From Dickeya dadantii NCPPB 898 (GTDB lineage Bacteria > Pseudomonadota > Gammaproteobacteria > Enterobacterales > Enterobacteriaceae): a stretch of DNA of 32,000 nucleotides. Below the pieces are notes generated by a model. It saw only the letters and a program-made list of their open reading frames with translations, ran no database searches and was not told the DNA's origin. The DNA is taken from NCBI RefSeq assembly GCF_000406145.1, contig NZ_CM001976.1, positions 1,360,729 through 1,392,728 on the forward strand, written 5' to 3'. The position numbers were made by a program, and so were the translations under genes. This document shows positions 1-9,956 of this stretch, piece by piece. The stretch's first letter is position 1. Each line of letters begins with the position of its first letter.

Positions 1-45
1 CGCCGTCAGGCTTAGGGCCAGCAGTGCGACAGGGAATTTCTTCAT
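1..45 (-). CDS. 5' end (15 codons) of a gene running off the left edge; signal-peptide-like N-terminus, product unknown
   Basis: The reverse complement of 1-45 reads ATG AAG AAA TTC CCT GTC GCA CTG CTG GCC CTA AGC CTG ACG GCG (MKKFPVALLALSLTA) and stays open to the window edge. It has a basic N-terminus followed by a hydrophobic run. It is too short to identify. Confidence 0.35.
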   Translation of the reverse strand, partial: MKKFPVALLALSLTA

Positions 46-250
46 GATCAATCCTCGGTGTTGTGAAATCAGGTTTGCCAGCTTTATGGATATCTTTATG
101 TCTGGATGTCTATTTTAGTGATGAGGAATCATAACGGGTAACATTGCGGCGTGCAAAGGGGGCGGGTTATGTCTTTTGGGTTTAGCTTATAACTTTTCGT
201 TCAATGAGATACGGCGAGCAAACTGGCGGGAAGCTGGGGAGACGCTGGGG

Positions 251-283
251 AAAAGAAACGCGTCCGACCAGCCGGCCGGACGC
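251..283 (-). terminator. Probable intrinsic terminator downstream of the 296-727 gene
   Basis: On the minus strand the sequence is GCGTCCG-(10 nt loop)-CGGACGC (plus coordinates 260-283), followed by GTTTCTTTTCC (plus 251-259 is AAAAGAAAC). It lies 13 nt past the stop codon at 296-298. Confidence 0.55.
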
Positions 284-295
284 ATCTGGTTGGGC

Positions 296-727
296 TTATT
301 GCCTGAAGAAGCGGATATCCTGGTCCAGTTTGCACAGGTAGCTCAGCGTGTTGCCACGCTGTTGCAGGCTGGGCAGGTTAAACATAAAGGTGGTGAATCG
401 CACCGTGTTGTCCGGCAGAACCTGATAACGCATGAACTGCTGAATCGGCGTGTTGTCGTTGGCGACGGTGAAGTGCTCGTCGCTGAACGACAGCGTACCG
501 GTGTCAATCAGACGATACGCGTTGATGTGCAGGCCGCCGCGGGTTTTGCTGGCCGGGGTACCTTCCTGCGGCGTACAGGCGGACAAATCGATGGTGACAT
601 TGACACTTTGGCCCTTATTCAGTGCGGTGATTACGTCATCGGCGCTTTTCAGCGACTTGGACGCCACGGCCGGCGTCGCGGTGACAAGCAGGGCTGCGCT
701 CAGCAGCACAGGGGTAATACGGGACAT
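296..727 (-). CDS. Small exported protein (143 aa) with a cleavable signal peptide; possibly VirK-family (tentative, from memory of the family pattern)
   Basis: The track ORF is 296-850. The internal ATG at 727 is preceded by GGAGG (GATCATGGAGGAATATCGAATG). It gives MSRITPVLLSAALLVTATPAVA|SK, a typical Sec signal ending in AVA. The longer N-terminal extension has no RBS and looks non-coding. The family assignment was not verified. Confidence 0.8.
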   Translation of the reverse strand: MSRITPVLLSAALLVTATPAVASKSLKSADDVITALNKGQSVNVTIDLSACTPQEGTPASKTRGGLHINAYRLIDTGTLSFSDEHFTVANDNTPIQQFMRYQVLPDNTVRFTTFMFNLPSLQQRGNTLSYLCKLDQDIRFFRQ

Positions 728-970
728 TCGATATTCCTCCATGATCGATGATGGGTCGGGCGTCGTGACTATCACGTACGGCACGAAGCACACATGGCGC
801 GAAGGTGCAGGCCAACACGCATGCAGCTGAGTGCGTGGCGTGATAATCACGACCAGGCACTGTTTATCACGGCTGTGGCGAAAGCGCTATGCTGTTTGTC
901 CGAATAACGGCATGGTCGGAGGTGTAAACGGAGTGAGATATGCGGCAGAGCGACGTGGGGCGACGGGGGC

Positions 971-1025
971 GTCAGGCGAAGAGGGTGTCAGACGAAGAGG
1001 GTGTCAGACGAAGAGGGTGTCAGGC
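971..1025. repeat. Tandem 16-bp repeat GTCAG(G/A)CGAAGAGGGT, 3 full copies plus a partial fourth
   Basis: Read directly. The copies are at 971-986, 987-1002 and 1003-1018. The partial fourth copy (GTCAGGC) merges into the hairpin at 1019-1043. Confidence 0.9.
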
Positions 1026-1043
1026 CGGATGAGCCGGCCTGAC
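1019..1043 (-). other. GC-rich stem-loop 11 nt downstream of the metG stop (3'-end hairpin; not a canonical U-tract terminator)
   Basis: GTCAGGCCGG-ATGAG-CCGGCCTGAC forms a perfect 10-bp stem. No T-run follows on either strand. Confidence 0.35.
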
Positions 1044-1053
1044 GCGAATGGAC

Positions 1054-3087
1054 TTACTTGATTTGCATCCCTGGTTGGGCGCCGCTGTCGGGACTCAGCA
1101 GGAAAATGTCTTTCCCGCCGGGACCAGCGGCCATCACCATGCCTTCGGACACGCCAAAGCGCATTTTACGCGGCGCCAGATTGGCGACCATCACCGTCAG
1201 ACGACCTTCCAGCGCGGACGGATCCGGGTAGGCGGCGCGGATGCCGGAGAACACCTGGCGTGTCTGGCCGCCCAGATCCAGCGTCAGACGCAACAGCTTG
1301 TCCGAACCGTCCACCAGTTCGGCCTTCTGGATCAACGCGACGCGCATGTCCACTTTATCGAAATCGGCGAAGTCGATGGTGTCCTGAATCGGGTCGTCGG
1401 CCAGCGGACCGGATACCGGTTTGGCGGCTGCCGCCGCGGCTTCCTCTTTGGAGGCCTCGACCATGCCCTGTACCTGCGCGATGTCGATGCGGTTGAACAG
1501 CGCCTTGAACGCGCCGACCCGATGGTTTGTCAGCGGCTGCGTCAGGTTATCCCAGCGCAGTTCGGTTTGCAGGAAGGCTTCAGCGCGTTCAGTCAGCGAC
1601 GGCAGTACCGGTTTCAGGTAGGTCATCAGCACGCGGAACAGGTTGATGCCCATCGAGCAAATCGCCTGCAGGTCGGCGTCGCGGCCTTCCTGTTTGGCGA
1701 CGACCCACGGTGCCTGTTCGTCGACATAGCGGTTAGCGATATCCGCCAGCGCCATAATTTCGCGGATGGCCTTACCGGATTCACGGCTGCCGTAAGCGTC
1801 GGCGATGGTCTGCGCCGCGTCGATAAAGGTCTGATACAGCGCCAGATCCGCCAGTTGGCCGGCCAGCTGGCCGTCAAAACGCTTGTTGATGAAGCCGGCG
1901 TTGCGCGAAGCCAGGTTGACCACTTTGTTGACGATGTCGGCGTTCACGCGCTGCACGAAGTCTTCCAGATTGAGGTCAATGTCATCAATGCGCGACGAGA
2001 GCTTGGCGGCGTAGTAGTAACGCAGGCAGTCGGCGTCCAGATGCTTCAGATAGGTGTCGGCCTTGATGAAGGTACCGCGCGATTTGGACATCTTGGCGCC
2101 GTTAACGGTCACATAGCCGTGCACGAACAGGTTGGTCGGCTTGCGGAAACCGCTGCCTTCCAGCATCGCCGGCCAGAACAGGCTGTGGAAGTAGACGATA
2201 TCCTTGCCGATGAAATGGTACAGCTCGGCGCTGGAGTCTTTACGCCAGAATTCGTCGAAATTGAGGTCGTTGCGTTTGTCGCACAAGTTTTTGAACGACC
2301 CCATGTAGCCGATCGGCGCGTCCAGCCAGACGTAGAAATATTTGCCCGGCGCGTCCGGCACTTCGAAGCCGAAATAGGGCGCGTCGCGGGTGATATCCCA
2401 CTGTTGCAGCCCGGCGTCGAACCACTCCTGCATCTTGTTGGCGACCTGCTCCTGCAACGCGCCGGAACGGGTCCAGCTTTGCAGCATGTCGCTGAACGCC
2501 GGCAGGTCGAAGAAGAAGTGCTCGGATTCGCGCATCACCGGCGTGGCGCCGGACACCGCGGATTTCGGCTCGATCAATTCGGTCGGGCTGTAGGTGGCGC
2601 CGCATACTTCGCAGTTGTCGCCATACTGGTCCGGCGCCTTGCATTTCGGGCAGGTGCCTTTCACAAAGCGATCCGGCAGGAACATGCTTTTTTCCGGGTC
2701 GAACAACTGGGAAATGGTGCGGTTCTTGATAAAACCGTTTTCCTTCAGCCGACGATAAATCAACCCGGACAACTCGCGGTTCTCCTCGCTGTGCGTGGAG
2801 TGATAGTTGTCGTAGCTGATGTTGAACCCGGCGAAATCCTGCTGGTGTTCCTGACTCACCGTCGCAATCATCTGCTCCGGCGCCACGCCCATCTGCTGCG
2901 CTTTGAGCATGATCGGCGTGCCGTGGGCGTCGTCCGCGCAAATAAAGTGGACCTGATTGCCGCGCATTCGCTGGTAACGGACCCAGATATCCGCCTGAAT
3001 GTGTTCGAGCATGTGGCCAAGGTGGATCGGACCGTTAGCATAAGGCAGCGCGCACGTTACCAAAATTTTGTTTGCGACTTGAGTCAT
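1054..3087 (-). CDS. metG: Methionine--tRNA ligase
   Basis: The ORF is 677 aa. It starts [29 protein letters not shown] (HIGH-type motif). It has the zinc knuckle [18 protein letters not shown], the KMSKS motif (GAKMSKSRG) and a C-terminal tRNA-binding domain. It is colinear with E. coli MetG as I remember it. Confidence 0.98.
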   Translation of the reverse strand: MTQVANKILVTCALPYANGPIHLGHMLEHIQADIWVRYQRMRGNQVHFICADDAHGTPIMLKAQQMGVAPEQMIATVSQEHQQDFAGFNISYDNYHSTHSEENRELSGLIYRRLKENGFIKNRTISQLFDPEKSMFLPDRFVKGTCPKCKAPDQYGDNCEVCGATYSPTELIEPKSAVSGATPVMRESEHFFFDLPAFSDMLQSWTRSGALQEQVANKMQEWFDAGLQQWDITRDAPYFGFEVPDAPGKYFYVWLDAPIGYMGSFKNLCDKRNDLNFDEFWRKDSSAELYHFIGKDIVYFHSLFWPAMLEGSGFRKPTNLFVHGYVTVNGAKMSKSRGTFIKADTYLKHLDADCLRYYYAAKLSSRIDDIDLNLEDFVQRVNADIVNKVVNLASRNAGFINKRFDGQLAGQLADLALYQTFIDAAQTIADAYGSRESGKAIREIMALADIANRYVDEQAPWVVAKQEGRDADLQAICSMGINLFRVLMTYLKPVLPSLTERAEAFLQTELRWDNLTQPLTNHRVGAFKALFNRIDIAQVQGMVEASKEEAAAAAAKPVSGPLADDPIQDTIDFADFDKVDMRVALIQKAELVDGSDKLLRLTLDLGGQTRQVFSGIRAAYPDPSALEGRLTVMVANLAPRKMRFGVSEGMVMAAGPGGKDIFLLSPDSGAQPGMQIK

Positions 3088-3363
3088 AGTGGGGAACTTG
3101 CTTGTTGGTTGGTGAATGAATTAAGAAGGAGCCCTGATGTTACCCCATCGCGCCTTGATGCGTAAACCTTGGGGCGAAGCGGGCTCCAACAAAACCCGCG
3201 CTTCCGGCGTTAATGGCGGGAAGGCAAAGTTTGAGTGGCGTCGGACGGGAGGCGGTTCCGCCGTTTTTTCAGTACCGGGACATTGGCGATACACCCACGC
3301 GCGGGCGTTCTGCTATGCTAGGGCCGCGATTATAACGACCTTAATTCAACTCAAGGAGCCGGG

Positions 3364-4473
3364 ATGAACGATAAACTCCCTGCGCAAAACCCCGAGATGT
3401 TGCGCGCCATGGTGAACGGCGTGCTGTCCTCCTTTACGCACCCGACGCTGAAAAATAACCTGACCACGCTTAATGCGCTGCACCATTGCGCGTTGCTGGA
3501 CGATGTGTTGCATATTGAACTGACCATGCCGTTTGTCTGGCTGAGCGGCCTGACGGATCTGAAAGACAGCGTCAGCGAGGAATTGCTGCGCCTGTGCGGC
3601 GCTCGCGAAGTGGAATGGCGGTTGACCCATAACGTCGCCACGCTGCGCCGCGTCAATAATCAGGCCGGCGTCAAGGGCGTGAAGAACATTATCGCCGTCA
3701 GTTCCGGCAAGGGCGGCGTCGGGAAGTCCAGCACCGCGGTGAACATGGCGCTGGCGCTGGCGGCCGAAGGGGCCAGCGTCGGTATTCTGGACGCGGATAT
3801 CTACGGGCCGTCCATCCCCACCATGTTGGGCGCGGCCAACGAGCGGCCGACCTCGCCGGACGGGCAGCACATGGCGCCGATCATGGCGCACGGTCTTGCC
3901 ACCAATTCTATCGGCTATCTGGTTACCGACGATAACGCCATGGTGTGGCGCGGGCCGATGGCCAGCAAAGCGCTGCTGCAACTGTTGCAGGACACGCTGT
4001 GGCCGGATCTGGATTATCTGGTGCTGGACATGCCGCCGGGCACCGGCGACATCCAGCTCACGCTGGCGCAGAACGTGCCGGTCACCGGCGCGGTGGTGGT
4101 GACCACCCCGCAGGATATCGCGCTGGTGGATGCGATGAAGGGCATCGTAATGTTCGAGAAGGTGAAGGTGCCGGTGCTGGGCATCGTGGAGAACATGAGC
4201 GTGCACATTTGCAGTAACTGCGGGCATCTGGAGCCGATTTTCGGCACCGGCGGCGCGCAGAAACTGGCGGAAAAATACCACTGCGCCTTGCTGGGCCAGT
4301 TGCCGCTGCACATTTCGCTACGTGAAGACCTGGATCGCGGCGAACCGACCGTGATTAGCCAGCCGGACAGCGAATTCACCCAGCTATACCGCGAACTGGC
4401 GGGGCAGGTGGCGGCCCAGCTGTACTGGCAGGGCGAGGTGATCCCGACGGAGATCGCGTTCCGCGCGGTGTGA
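3364..4473 (+). CDS. mrp: Fe-S cluster carrier ATPase Mrp/ApbC
   Basis: The ORF is 369 aa. It has the deviant Walker A SSGKGGVGKSS, the CSNCGH CxxC motif and the C-terminus LYWQGEVIPTEIAFRAV. It is colinear with E. coli Mrp. AGGAGCC lies upstream of the ATG. Confidence 0.97.
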   Translation: MNDKLPAQNPEMLRAMVNGVLSSFTHPTLKNNLTTLNALHHCALLDDVLHIELTMPFVWLSGLTDLKDSVSEELLRLCGAREVEWRLTHNVATLRRVNNQAGVKGVKNIIAVSSGKGGVGKSSTAVNMALALAAEGASVGILDADIYGPSIPTMLGAANERPTSPDGQHMAPIMAHGLATNSIGYLVTDDNAMVWRGPMASKALLQLLQDTLWPDLDYLVLDMPPGTGDIQLTLAQNVPVTGAVVVTTPQDIALVDAMKGIVMFEKVKVPVLGIVENMSVHICSNCGHLEPIFGTGGAQKLAEKYHCALLGQLPLHISLREDLDRGEPTVISQPDSEFTQLYRELAGQVAAQLYWQGEVIPTEIAFRAV

Positions 4474-4483
4474 TATCCTCTGG

Positions 4484-4511
4484 CGGATACCGTGATTCGG
4501 CGCGGTATCCG
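4484..4511 (+). terminator. Possible terminator hairpin after mrp
   Basis: CGGATACCG-(10 nt)-CGGTATCCG begins 11 nt after the mrp stop and is followed by TTGTCTTCGG. The T tract is weak. Confidence 0.4.
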
Positions 4512-4757
4512 TTGTCTTCGGCATCTGGCGGCATGTGGCGGTCAGATGCGGTGTGCACTCGTAATCAGCCCGCGTAATACTGGCGCGAATCGTGCTAACT
4601 CCCTATAATTGCCGCGTCCAGACACCCCAGGCTGTGTCCCGCAATGAATCATGCATGCTGCTGATGGCTACCCTTCGGCGCAACCCGGCGCAAGCCGCGT
4701 CCGAACAGTCTGGTATGTCCCCCTCCTTATTTTTTTGTTAATCAGGTCTTTATTGCC

Positions 4758-5399
4758 ATGACTGATAAGTCTCGCCACTGTGTCATCATCGGGATTGCCG
4801 GCGCGTCCGCATCCGGAAAAAGTCTTATTGCCAGCACCCTGTACCGCGAATTGCGCGATCAGGTGGGTGATGAACACATTGGCGTCATCCCGGAAGACAG
4901 CTACTACAAGGATCAATCCCACTTGACCATGGAAGAACGGGTCAAAACCAACTACGACCACCCCAGCGCGATGGATCACAGCCTGCTGCTGCAACACCTG
5001 CAGACGCTCAAGGCCGGCCAGTCGATTGAATTGCCGCAGTACAGCTATGTGCAGCACACCCGCTTACAGGAAACGGTGCATCTGGCGCCGAAGAAAGTGA
5101 TTATTCTGGAAGGCATTCTGCTGTTGACCGATGCCCGGCTGCGTGAAGAAATGAATTTCTCCATTTTTGTCGATACCCCGCTGGATATCTGCCTGATGCG
5201 CCGTATGCGCCGTGATGTCAATGAACGCGGCCGTTCAATGGATTCCGTGATGGAGCAGTATAAGAAAACGGTGCGTCCGATGTTCCTGCAATTTATTGAA
5301 CCATCCAAACAATATGCGGACATCATCGTGCCGCGCGGCGGCAAAAACCGCATCGCCATTGATATTCTGAAGGCGAAGATCAGCCAGTTCTTTGAGTAG
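4758..5399 (+). CDS. udk: Uridine/cytidine kinase
   Basis: The ORF is 213 aa. It has the P-loop [11 protein letters not shown] and ends KAKISQFFE. It closely parallels E. coli Udk. Confidence 0.98.
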   Translation: MTDKSRHCVIIGIAGASASGKSLIASTLYRELRDQVGDEHIGVIPEDSYYKDQSHLTMEERVKTNYDHPSAMDHSLLLQHLQTLKAGQSIELPQYSYVQHTRLQETVHLAPKKVIILEGILLLTDARLREEMNFSIFVDTPLDICLMRRMRRDVNERGRSMDSVMEQYKKTVRPMFLQFIEPSKQYADIIVPRGGKNRIAIDILKAKISQFFE

Positions 5400-5500
5400 G
5401 CTGTACGTTGAGAAAACCCTGAAGTAGGTGGAACCGGCATGGTATTTCCGGCGCTGCTGTGGCAGTTTGATCACCTGCGAGAGTCTGACTGGAGAAGATG

Positions 5501-6082
5501 ATGAGACTGTGCGACCGTGACATTGAAACCTGGCTGGACGACGGCCGGCTGTCGATAACGCCGCGCCCCCCGATCGAACGGATTAACGGCGCCACGGTGG
5601 ACGTGCGGCTGGGGAATCAGTTCCGGGTGTTTAGCGGTCACACCGCGCCGTTCATTGATCTGAGCGGGCCGAAGGACGAGGTCAGCGCCGCGCTGGATCG
5701 GGTGATGAGCGATGAAATCAATCTGGCGGAAGGCGATGCGTTTTTCCTTCATCCGGGCGAACTGGCGCTGGCGGTGACGCTGGAGTCGGTGACGCTGCCG
5801 GATAATCTGGTGGGCTGGCTGGACGGTCGTTCTTCGCTGGCGCGTCTGGGGCTGATGGTGCATGTGACCGCTCACCGCATCGATCCGGGATGGCAGGGGT
5901 GCATCGTGCTGGAGTTTTACAACTCGGGCAAACTGCCGCTGGCGCTGCGTCCCGGTATGATCATCGGCGCGCTGAGTTTCGAACCGCTCTCCGGTCCCGC
6001 CGCGCGTCCGTATAACCGACGCGAAGACGCGAAATACAAGGACCAGCAGGGCGCGGTGGCAAGCCGGATTGACAAAGACTAG
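5501..6082 (+). CDS. dcd: dCTP deaminase
   Basis: The ORF opens at 5498 (MM...). The second ATG at 5501 gives [17 protein letters not shown], which is the E. coli Dcd N-terminus, yields 193 aa, and has better spacing from GGAGA. The C-terminus is [12 protein letters not shown]. Confidence 0.96.
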   Translation: MRLCDRDIETWLDDGRLSITPRPPIERINGATVDVRLGNQFRVFSGHTAPFIDLSGPKDEVSAALDRVMSDEINLAEGDAFFLHPGELALAVTLESVTLPDNLVGWLDGRSSLARLGLMVHVTAHRIDPGWQGCIVLEFYNSGKLPLALRPGMIIGALSFEPLSGPAARPYNRREDAKYKDQQGAVASRIDKD

Positions 6083-6114
6083 CTGGGCCGGGAACGACAG
6101 CGAATGAGGATGGC

Positions 6115-7929
6115 ATGAGAAGACTGTTTACCACGCTGGTGATTCTGCTGGTAGTGCTGGCGGCAGGCATGACGGCGCTGGTGGTGTTGATTAACCCGAA
6201 CGATTTCCGGGCCTATATGGTGCGGCAGGTTGAGACGCGCACCGGCTACCGGTTGAATCTGGATGGCGATTTGCGCTGGCATGTCTGGCCGCAACTGAGC
6301 ATTTTGTCCGGCAATCTGTCGGTGAGCGCGCCGGGCGCGGCCACACCGGTGATCAGCGCTGAGAATATGCGGCTGGACGTGAAGCTCTGGCCGCTGTTGT
6401 CGCATCAACTGGAAGTCAAACAGGTGATGCTCAAAGGCGCGGTGATTCGCCTGACGTCCGACAGTGAAGCGCGGGTGGCCGGTCCGGTGCCGATTGCGCC
6501 GGGTGGGACGTCATCGCCGGAGCCGGAAACCCCGTGGCGTTTTGATATCAATCGGGTTGAAGTGGCCGACAGCCTGCTGGTGTTTCAGCGCGGAAACGCG
6601 CCGGTTCTGAATGTCCGCGACATCAACCTGACGATGGAAAGCGACAGCGCCCGACAGGTGCGGGTGTCGCTCTCCAGCCGTTTCAACCGCGACCAGCGTG
6701 ATTTGTCGTTCTCGCTTAACGCCATACTGGATATGCAGAACTACCCGCAGCAGATCGGCGCCGATGTCGGGAGCGTCAGTTATCAGTTGCAGGGCGCGGG
6801 GCTGCCGACGGAGGGCATCAGCGGTAAAGGGACGCTTCGCGGCAGTTATCAGCGTCAGCCGGAGAAACTGACTATCAGCCAGTTTGCCCTGAGCGCCAAT
6901 AGCAGCCAACTGAATGGTTCGCTATCCACCACCTTCGGCGTCACGCCGGAGTATGTGCTGGATCTGCAATCGGAAAAACTGGATCTGGATGCGTTGCTGG
7001 GGCTGACGCACGCCGCCTCGTCCAGCGACGGCGGCGACAAAACGGTAATCGCCAAACCGGTGTTTTCGCATGATCAACCGCCGGAGCCTTATCAGGGGTT
7101 GCGCAACTCCATTGCCAGCGTGTCGGTGGCCGCCAATACGTTGGTTTACCACGGTATGACGGTCAACCAGTTTACCCTGAAAGGCGGCAATCAGCGCGGC
7201 AAGGTCAGGGTCACCGACTTCAGCGGTCAGGTGGGGGAAGGGCGCTTCTCATTGCCGGGTTCGATGGATGTGGGAGCGTCGCCGGCTATCACCATTCAGC
7301 CCACCCTGAAATCGATGGAGCTGTCGACGTTGCTGCCGCTGTTCGGCCTGCCTGACGGCTTGCAGGGCAAACTCAGCCTGCAAGGGCGGCTGAGCGGCGA
7401 CGACCTGTCGCGGCAAGCGCTGCTGTCACAATGGCGCGGAACGGCGTCGGTGCAGTTCGACCAGTTGCGGCTGTCGGGGCTGAACGTTCAGCAGTTGATC
7501 CAGCAGGCGGCGGCGCGCAGCAACAGCGGCATCCAGACGCCGGACGACTACGCCCGCTACACCGACATTCGGCAGATGAGCGGCGACGCCACGCTCAACG
7601 CCGGCAAACTGGATTTGCAGTCATTGTCCGGGCAGTCCGAGGTGTTGACGGTGAGCGGCGTCGGTCAGTTCGACTTGCCCGCCCAGCGTTGCGACATCAA
7701 TATGGATGTGCGCGTAACGCAAGGGTGGAAAGGGGATAGCCAACTGACGCAACTGTTGCAGGATACCGCTATTCCGTTCCGTCTGTACGGCGAGTTCGGC
7801 AACCTGAACTACCAGTTGCAGGTCGATCAGTTGCTGCGTAAGCGGCTACAGGACGAGATGAAAAAACGCCTGAATGACTGGGCCGAGAAAAATCAGCCGG
7901 CCTCCAAAACCCCGGCGACGGGCATGTGA
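6115..7929 (+). CDS. asmA: AsmA family outer-membrane biogenesis protein
   Basis: The ORF is 604 aa. It has an N-terminal anchor LFTTLVILLVVLAAGMTALVVLINPNDFR and the C-terminal region LNYQLQVDQLLRKRLQDEMKKRLNDWAEKN. It is colinear with E. coli AsmA. GAGGA lies before the ATG. Confidence 0.93.
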   Translation: MRRLFTTLVILLVVLAAGMTALVVLINPNDFRAYMVRQVETRTGYRLNLDGDLRWHVWPQLSILSGNLSVSAPGAATPVISAENMRLDVKLWPLLSHQLEVKQVMLKGAVIRLTSDSEARVAGPVPIAPGGTSSPEPETPWRFDINRVEVADSLLVFQRGNAPVLNVRDINLTMESDSARQVRVSLSSRFNRDQRDLSFSLNAILDMQNYPQQIGADVGSVSYQLQGAGLPTEGISGKGTLRGSYQRQPEKLTISQFALSANSSQLNGSLSTTFGVTPEYVLDLQSEKLDLDALLGLTHAASSSDGGDKTVIAKPVFSHDQPPEPYQGLRNSIASVSVAANTLVYHGMTVNQFTLKGGNQRGKVRVTDFSGQVGEGRFSLPGSMDVGASPAITIQPTLKSMELSTLLPLFGLPDGLQGKLSLQGRLSGDDLSRQALLSQWRGTASVQFDQLRLSGLNVQQLIQQAAARSNSGIQTPDDYARYTDIRQMSGDATLNAGKLDLQSLSGQSEVLTVSGVGQFDLPAQRCDINMDVRVTQGWKGDSQLTQLLQDTAIPFRLYGEFGNLNYQLQVDQLLRKRLQDEMKKRLNDWAEKNQPASKTPATGM

Positions 7930-7953
7930 CGGACATCAGGTGTTTTCAGTGAA

Positions 7954-7985
7954 ACAACAAAGGCGGCCGAGGCCGCCTTTGTTGT
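7954..7985. terminator. Bidirectional intrinsic terminator between convergent asmA and yegH
   Basis: There is a perfect 15-nt inverted repeat ACAACAAAGGCGGCC / GGCCGCCTTTGTTGT. The 3' half of the stem is T-rich when read in either direction. Confidence 0.8.
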
Positions 7986-8013
7986 GCCCGCGTGCGGGTT
8001 GATGCGCTGTGGC

Positions 8014-9603
8014 TCACACCTCATAATCCGGCTGTGGATCGGGTTCCGGGATAATCAGGACCTTCACGATGCGGTGGCTTTCCACGGTCAGCACCCGGAA
8101 CAGGGTATTGTCGATGCGCACCTCATCGCCCTCCTGCGGAATTTTCTGCGCATACTCCATCAGCAAGCCGGCCAGCGTATGATATTCGCGCTTTTCATTT
8201 AGCTGCAGCGGGATATACATCAGTAAATCCTCGACCGGCAGATAGCCGTTGGCGGTCAGGGTGCCGTCTTCGTTTTCCTGAATGTCATGGCGGGCGTCCA
8301 GCTCTTCCCCTTCCAGCGGCAGATTGCCGGCGATGGTTTCCATGACATCGCTCAGCGTGACAATCCCTTCGACCGAGCCGAATTCATCGGCCACAAAGGC
8401 AAAGTGCGTGTGTGCCTCACGGAACTGTTCCAGCGCGGACAGCAGCGACAATTGTTCCGGGAACACCAGCGGCTGGCGGATCAGCGCGCGCAGATTCAGC
8501 GCTTGCCCGTGCAACTGCTGACGCAGCAGATCGATCAGGTGCACCACGCCCAGCGGTTCGCTGGAAACGTGGCTGTCGAACATCACCAGCCGGGTGTGCT
8601 GATTTTTTTCCATCAGTTCGTGGAAGTCCGCCGGGTCGATGTTGACGTCCACGTGTTCGATATCGTGGCGGATGGTCATGATGCTGCTGACTGAACGCTG
8701 CGACATGCCGAGCACACGCTCGATCATGCGCTGCTCCTGCTGGTTGAATACCGGCTGGCCGATGCCGCCGGCGTTATCCGCCACCCGGTCGGCGGCCTGT
8801 TTGTCCAGCTCCGCTTCTTCGTGCTCGCCGCGCAGCAAGCGCAATACCGCTTCCGCCGTACGCTGGCGTAACGGGGTCGACGAAGAGAGAAAACGTCGAC
8901 GGTTGAACTGCGCCAGTTGGTTGAGCATCTCGATCATGACTGAGAAACCAATGGCAGCGTAGAGGTAACCTTTTGGAACCGGGTAGCCGAAAGCATCCGC
9001 CACCAGACTGAAGCCGATCATCAGCAGGAAGCTCAGGCACAGGATCACAATGGTCGGGTGGGCGTTGACGAAACGCGTCAGGGGCTTGCTGGCCAGCAGC
9101 ATCAGGCCGATGGCGATGGTGACCGCCGCCATCATCACCGGCAGGTGCTCGGTCATACCGACCGCGGTAATCACCGAATCCAGCGAGAACACGGCGTCCA
9201 GCACCACAATCTGTGCGACCACCGGCCAGAAACGCGCGCCCTTGCGTTGGGTTTGCTGCGCCTGGTCTTTGCCTTCCAGCCGTTCATTCAGCTCCATTGT
9301 GGCTTTGAACAGCAGGAACAGGCCGCCTACCAGCATAATCAGGTCACGCGCGCTGAACGGGTGTCCGTAAACGGTAAACAACGGGTGGGTCAACGAGACC
9401 AGCCAGGAGATGGACGACAGCAGTACAAATCGCATCAGCAAGGCCAGCAATAACCCGACGACCCGCGCCCGATCCCGAGATTTTTCCGGTAGCTTCTCCG
9501 CCAGAATGGCGATAAAGACCAGGTTGTCGATACCCAATACCAGTTCCAGCACCACCAGCGTGGCCAGACCGGCCCAAATTGTTGGATCAGCGATCCATTC
9601 CAT
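8014..9603 (-). CDS. yegH: TerC-family membrane protein with CBS pair and CorC/HlyC C-terminal domain (YegH)
   Basis: The ORF is 529 aa. It starts [39 protein letters not shown] and ends [23 protein letters not shown]. It is colinear with E. coli YegH as remembered. Confidence 0.93.
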   Translation of the reverse strand: MEWIADPTIWAGLATLVVLELVLGIDNLVFIAILAEKLPEKSRDRARVVGLLLALLMRFVLLSSISWLVSLTHPLFTVYGHPFSARDLIMLVGGLFLLFKATMELNERLEGKDQAQQTQRKGARFWPVVAQIVVLDAVFSLDSVITAVGMTEHLPVMMAAVTIAIGLMLLASKPLTRFVNAHPTIVILCLSFLLMIGFSLVADAFGYPVPKGYLYAAIGFSVMIEMLNQLAQFNRRRFLSSSTPLRQRTAEAVLRLLRGEHEEAELDKQAADRVADNAGGIGQPVFNQQEQRMIERVLGMSQRSVSSIMTIRHDIEHVDVNIDPADFHELMEKNQHTRLVMFDSHVSSEPLGVVHLIDLLRQQLHGQALNLRALIRQPLVFPEQLSLLSALEQFREAHTHFAFVADEFGSVEGIVTLSDVMETIAGNLPLEGEELDARHDIQENEDGTLTANGYLPVEDLLMYIPLQLNEKREYHTLAGLLMEYAQKIPQEGDEVRIDNTLFRVLTVESHRIVKVLIIPEPDPQPDYEV

Positions 9604-9709
9604 AGGCTGAATTCACCTTTTTCTTTATCAGGTTGGTATGCGCATAGCGTATCAGGCGTTGCGTCGCTCAACCATAACGCGACCGATCGTGATTGACTGA
9701 TATCAAATT

Positions 9710-9735
9710 GCGGGGTGCCGGCACCCGCCTTTTCT
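9710..9735 (+). terminator. Orphan terminator-like hairpin plus T-run in the yegH/cps intergenic region
   Basis: GCGGGGTGCC/GGCACCCGCC contains a GGGTGCC/GGCACCC perfect core and is followed by TTTTCT on the plus strand. It lies about 107 nt upstream of the yegH start, inside the yegH leader on the other strand. Confidence 0.35.
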
Positions 9736-9956
9736 GTGTGAGTGAGATCACAAGATTTTCAGCAAGATGGAAAACATTACAGTACGTTTTGAGAAATCCA
9801 AAAACCATCGAATGGGTTAAAAAGTGACCTATTTCATTAAGGCGATGCATTATATGCCAAATCAGCGTGTCGCGCGGGAAATTAGCCCATCCTCTGGCTA
9901 TTTAATAAGCTCATTAATGCGTTAACAAAATTATTATATGAAAATGAAATATTTAT

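Noticed and set aside
176-751. 191-aa plus-strand ORF (and 450-830 plus, 636-860 minus)
   Set aside because: They overlap the 296-727 minus-strand gene, which has a good RBS, a signal peptide and a terminator. These ORFs have none of those features.
971-1025. Possible CRISPR-like array
   Set aside because: The repeats are directly adjacent 16-mers with no spacers, and there are only about 3 units. This is a simple tandem repeat.
831-1061. 76-aa ORF running through the 16-bp tandem repeat
   Set aside because: Its reading frame is created by the repeat array and hairpin (GVRRRGCQTKRVSGRM). It has no RBS and lies in intergenic DNA between metG and the small exported-protein gene.
1048-3165. 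705-aa ORF on the plus strand covering the whole metG region
   Set aside because: It is exactly antisense to an unmistakable metG. Its composition is R/G/A/V/Q-rich and low in complexity, as is typical of the antisense frame of GC-rich genes. There is no RBS and no recognisable motif.
3346-4311. 321-aa minus-strand ORF (and smaller ones at 3351-3656 and 4014-4379)
   Set aside because: They are antisense to mrp/apbC. Their composition is H/R/Q/G-rich and artefactual, and they contain no motifs.
9668-9850. 60-aa minus-strand ORF upstream of yegH
   Set aside because: It has no RBS and lies in the AT-rich leader and promoter region. Its sequence is unremarkable and it is more likely a non-coding leader.
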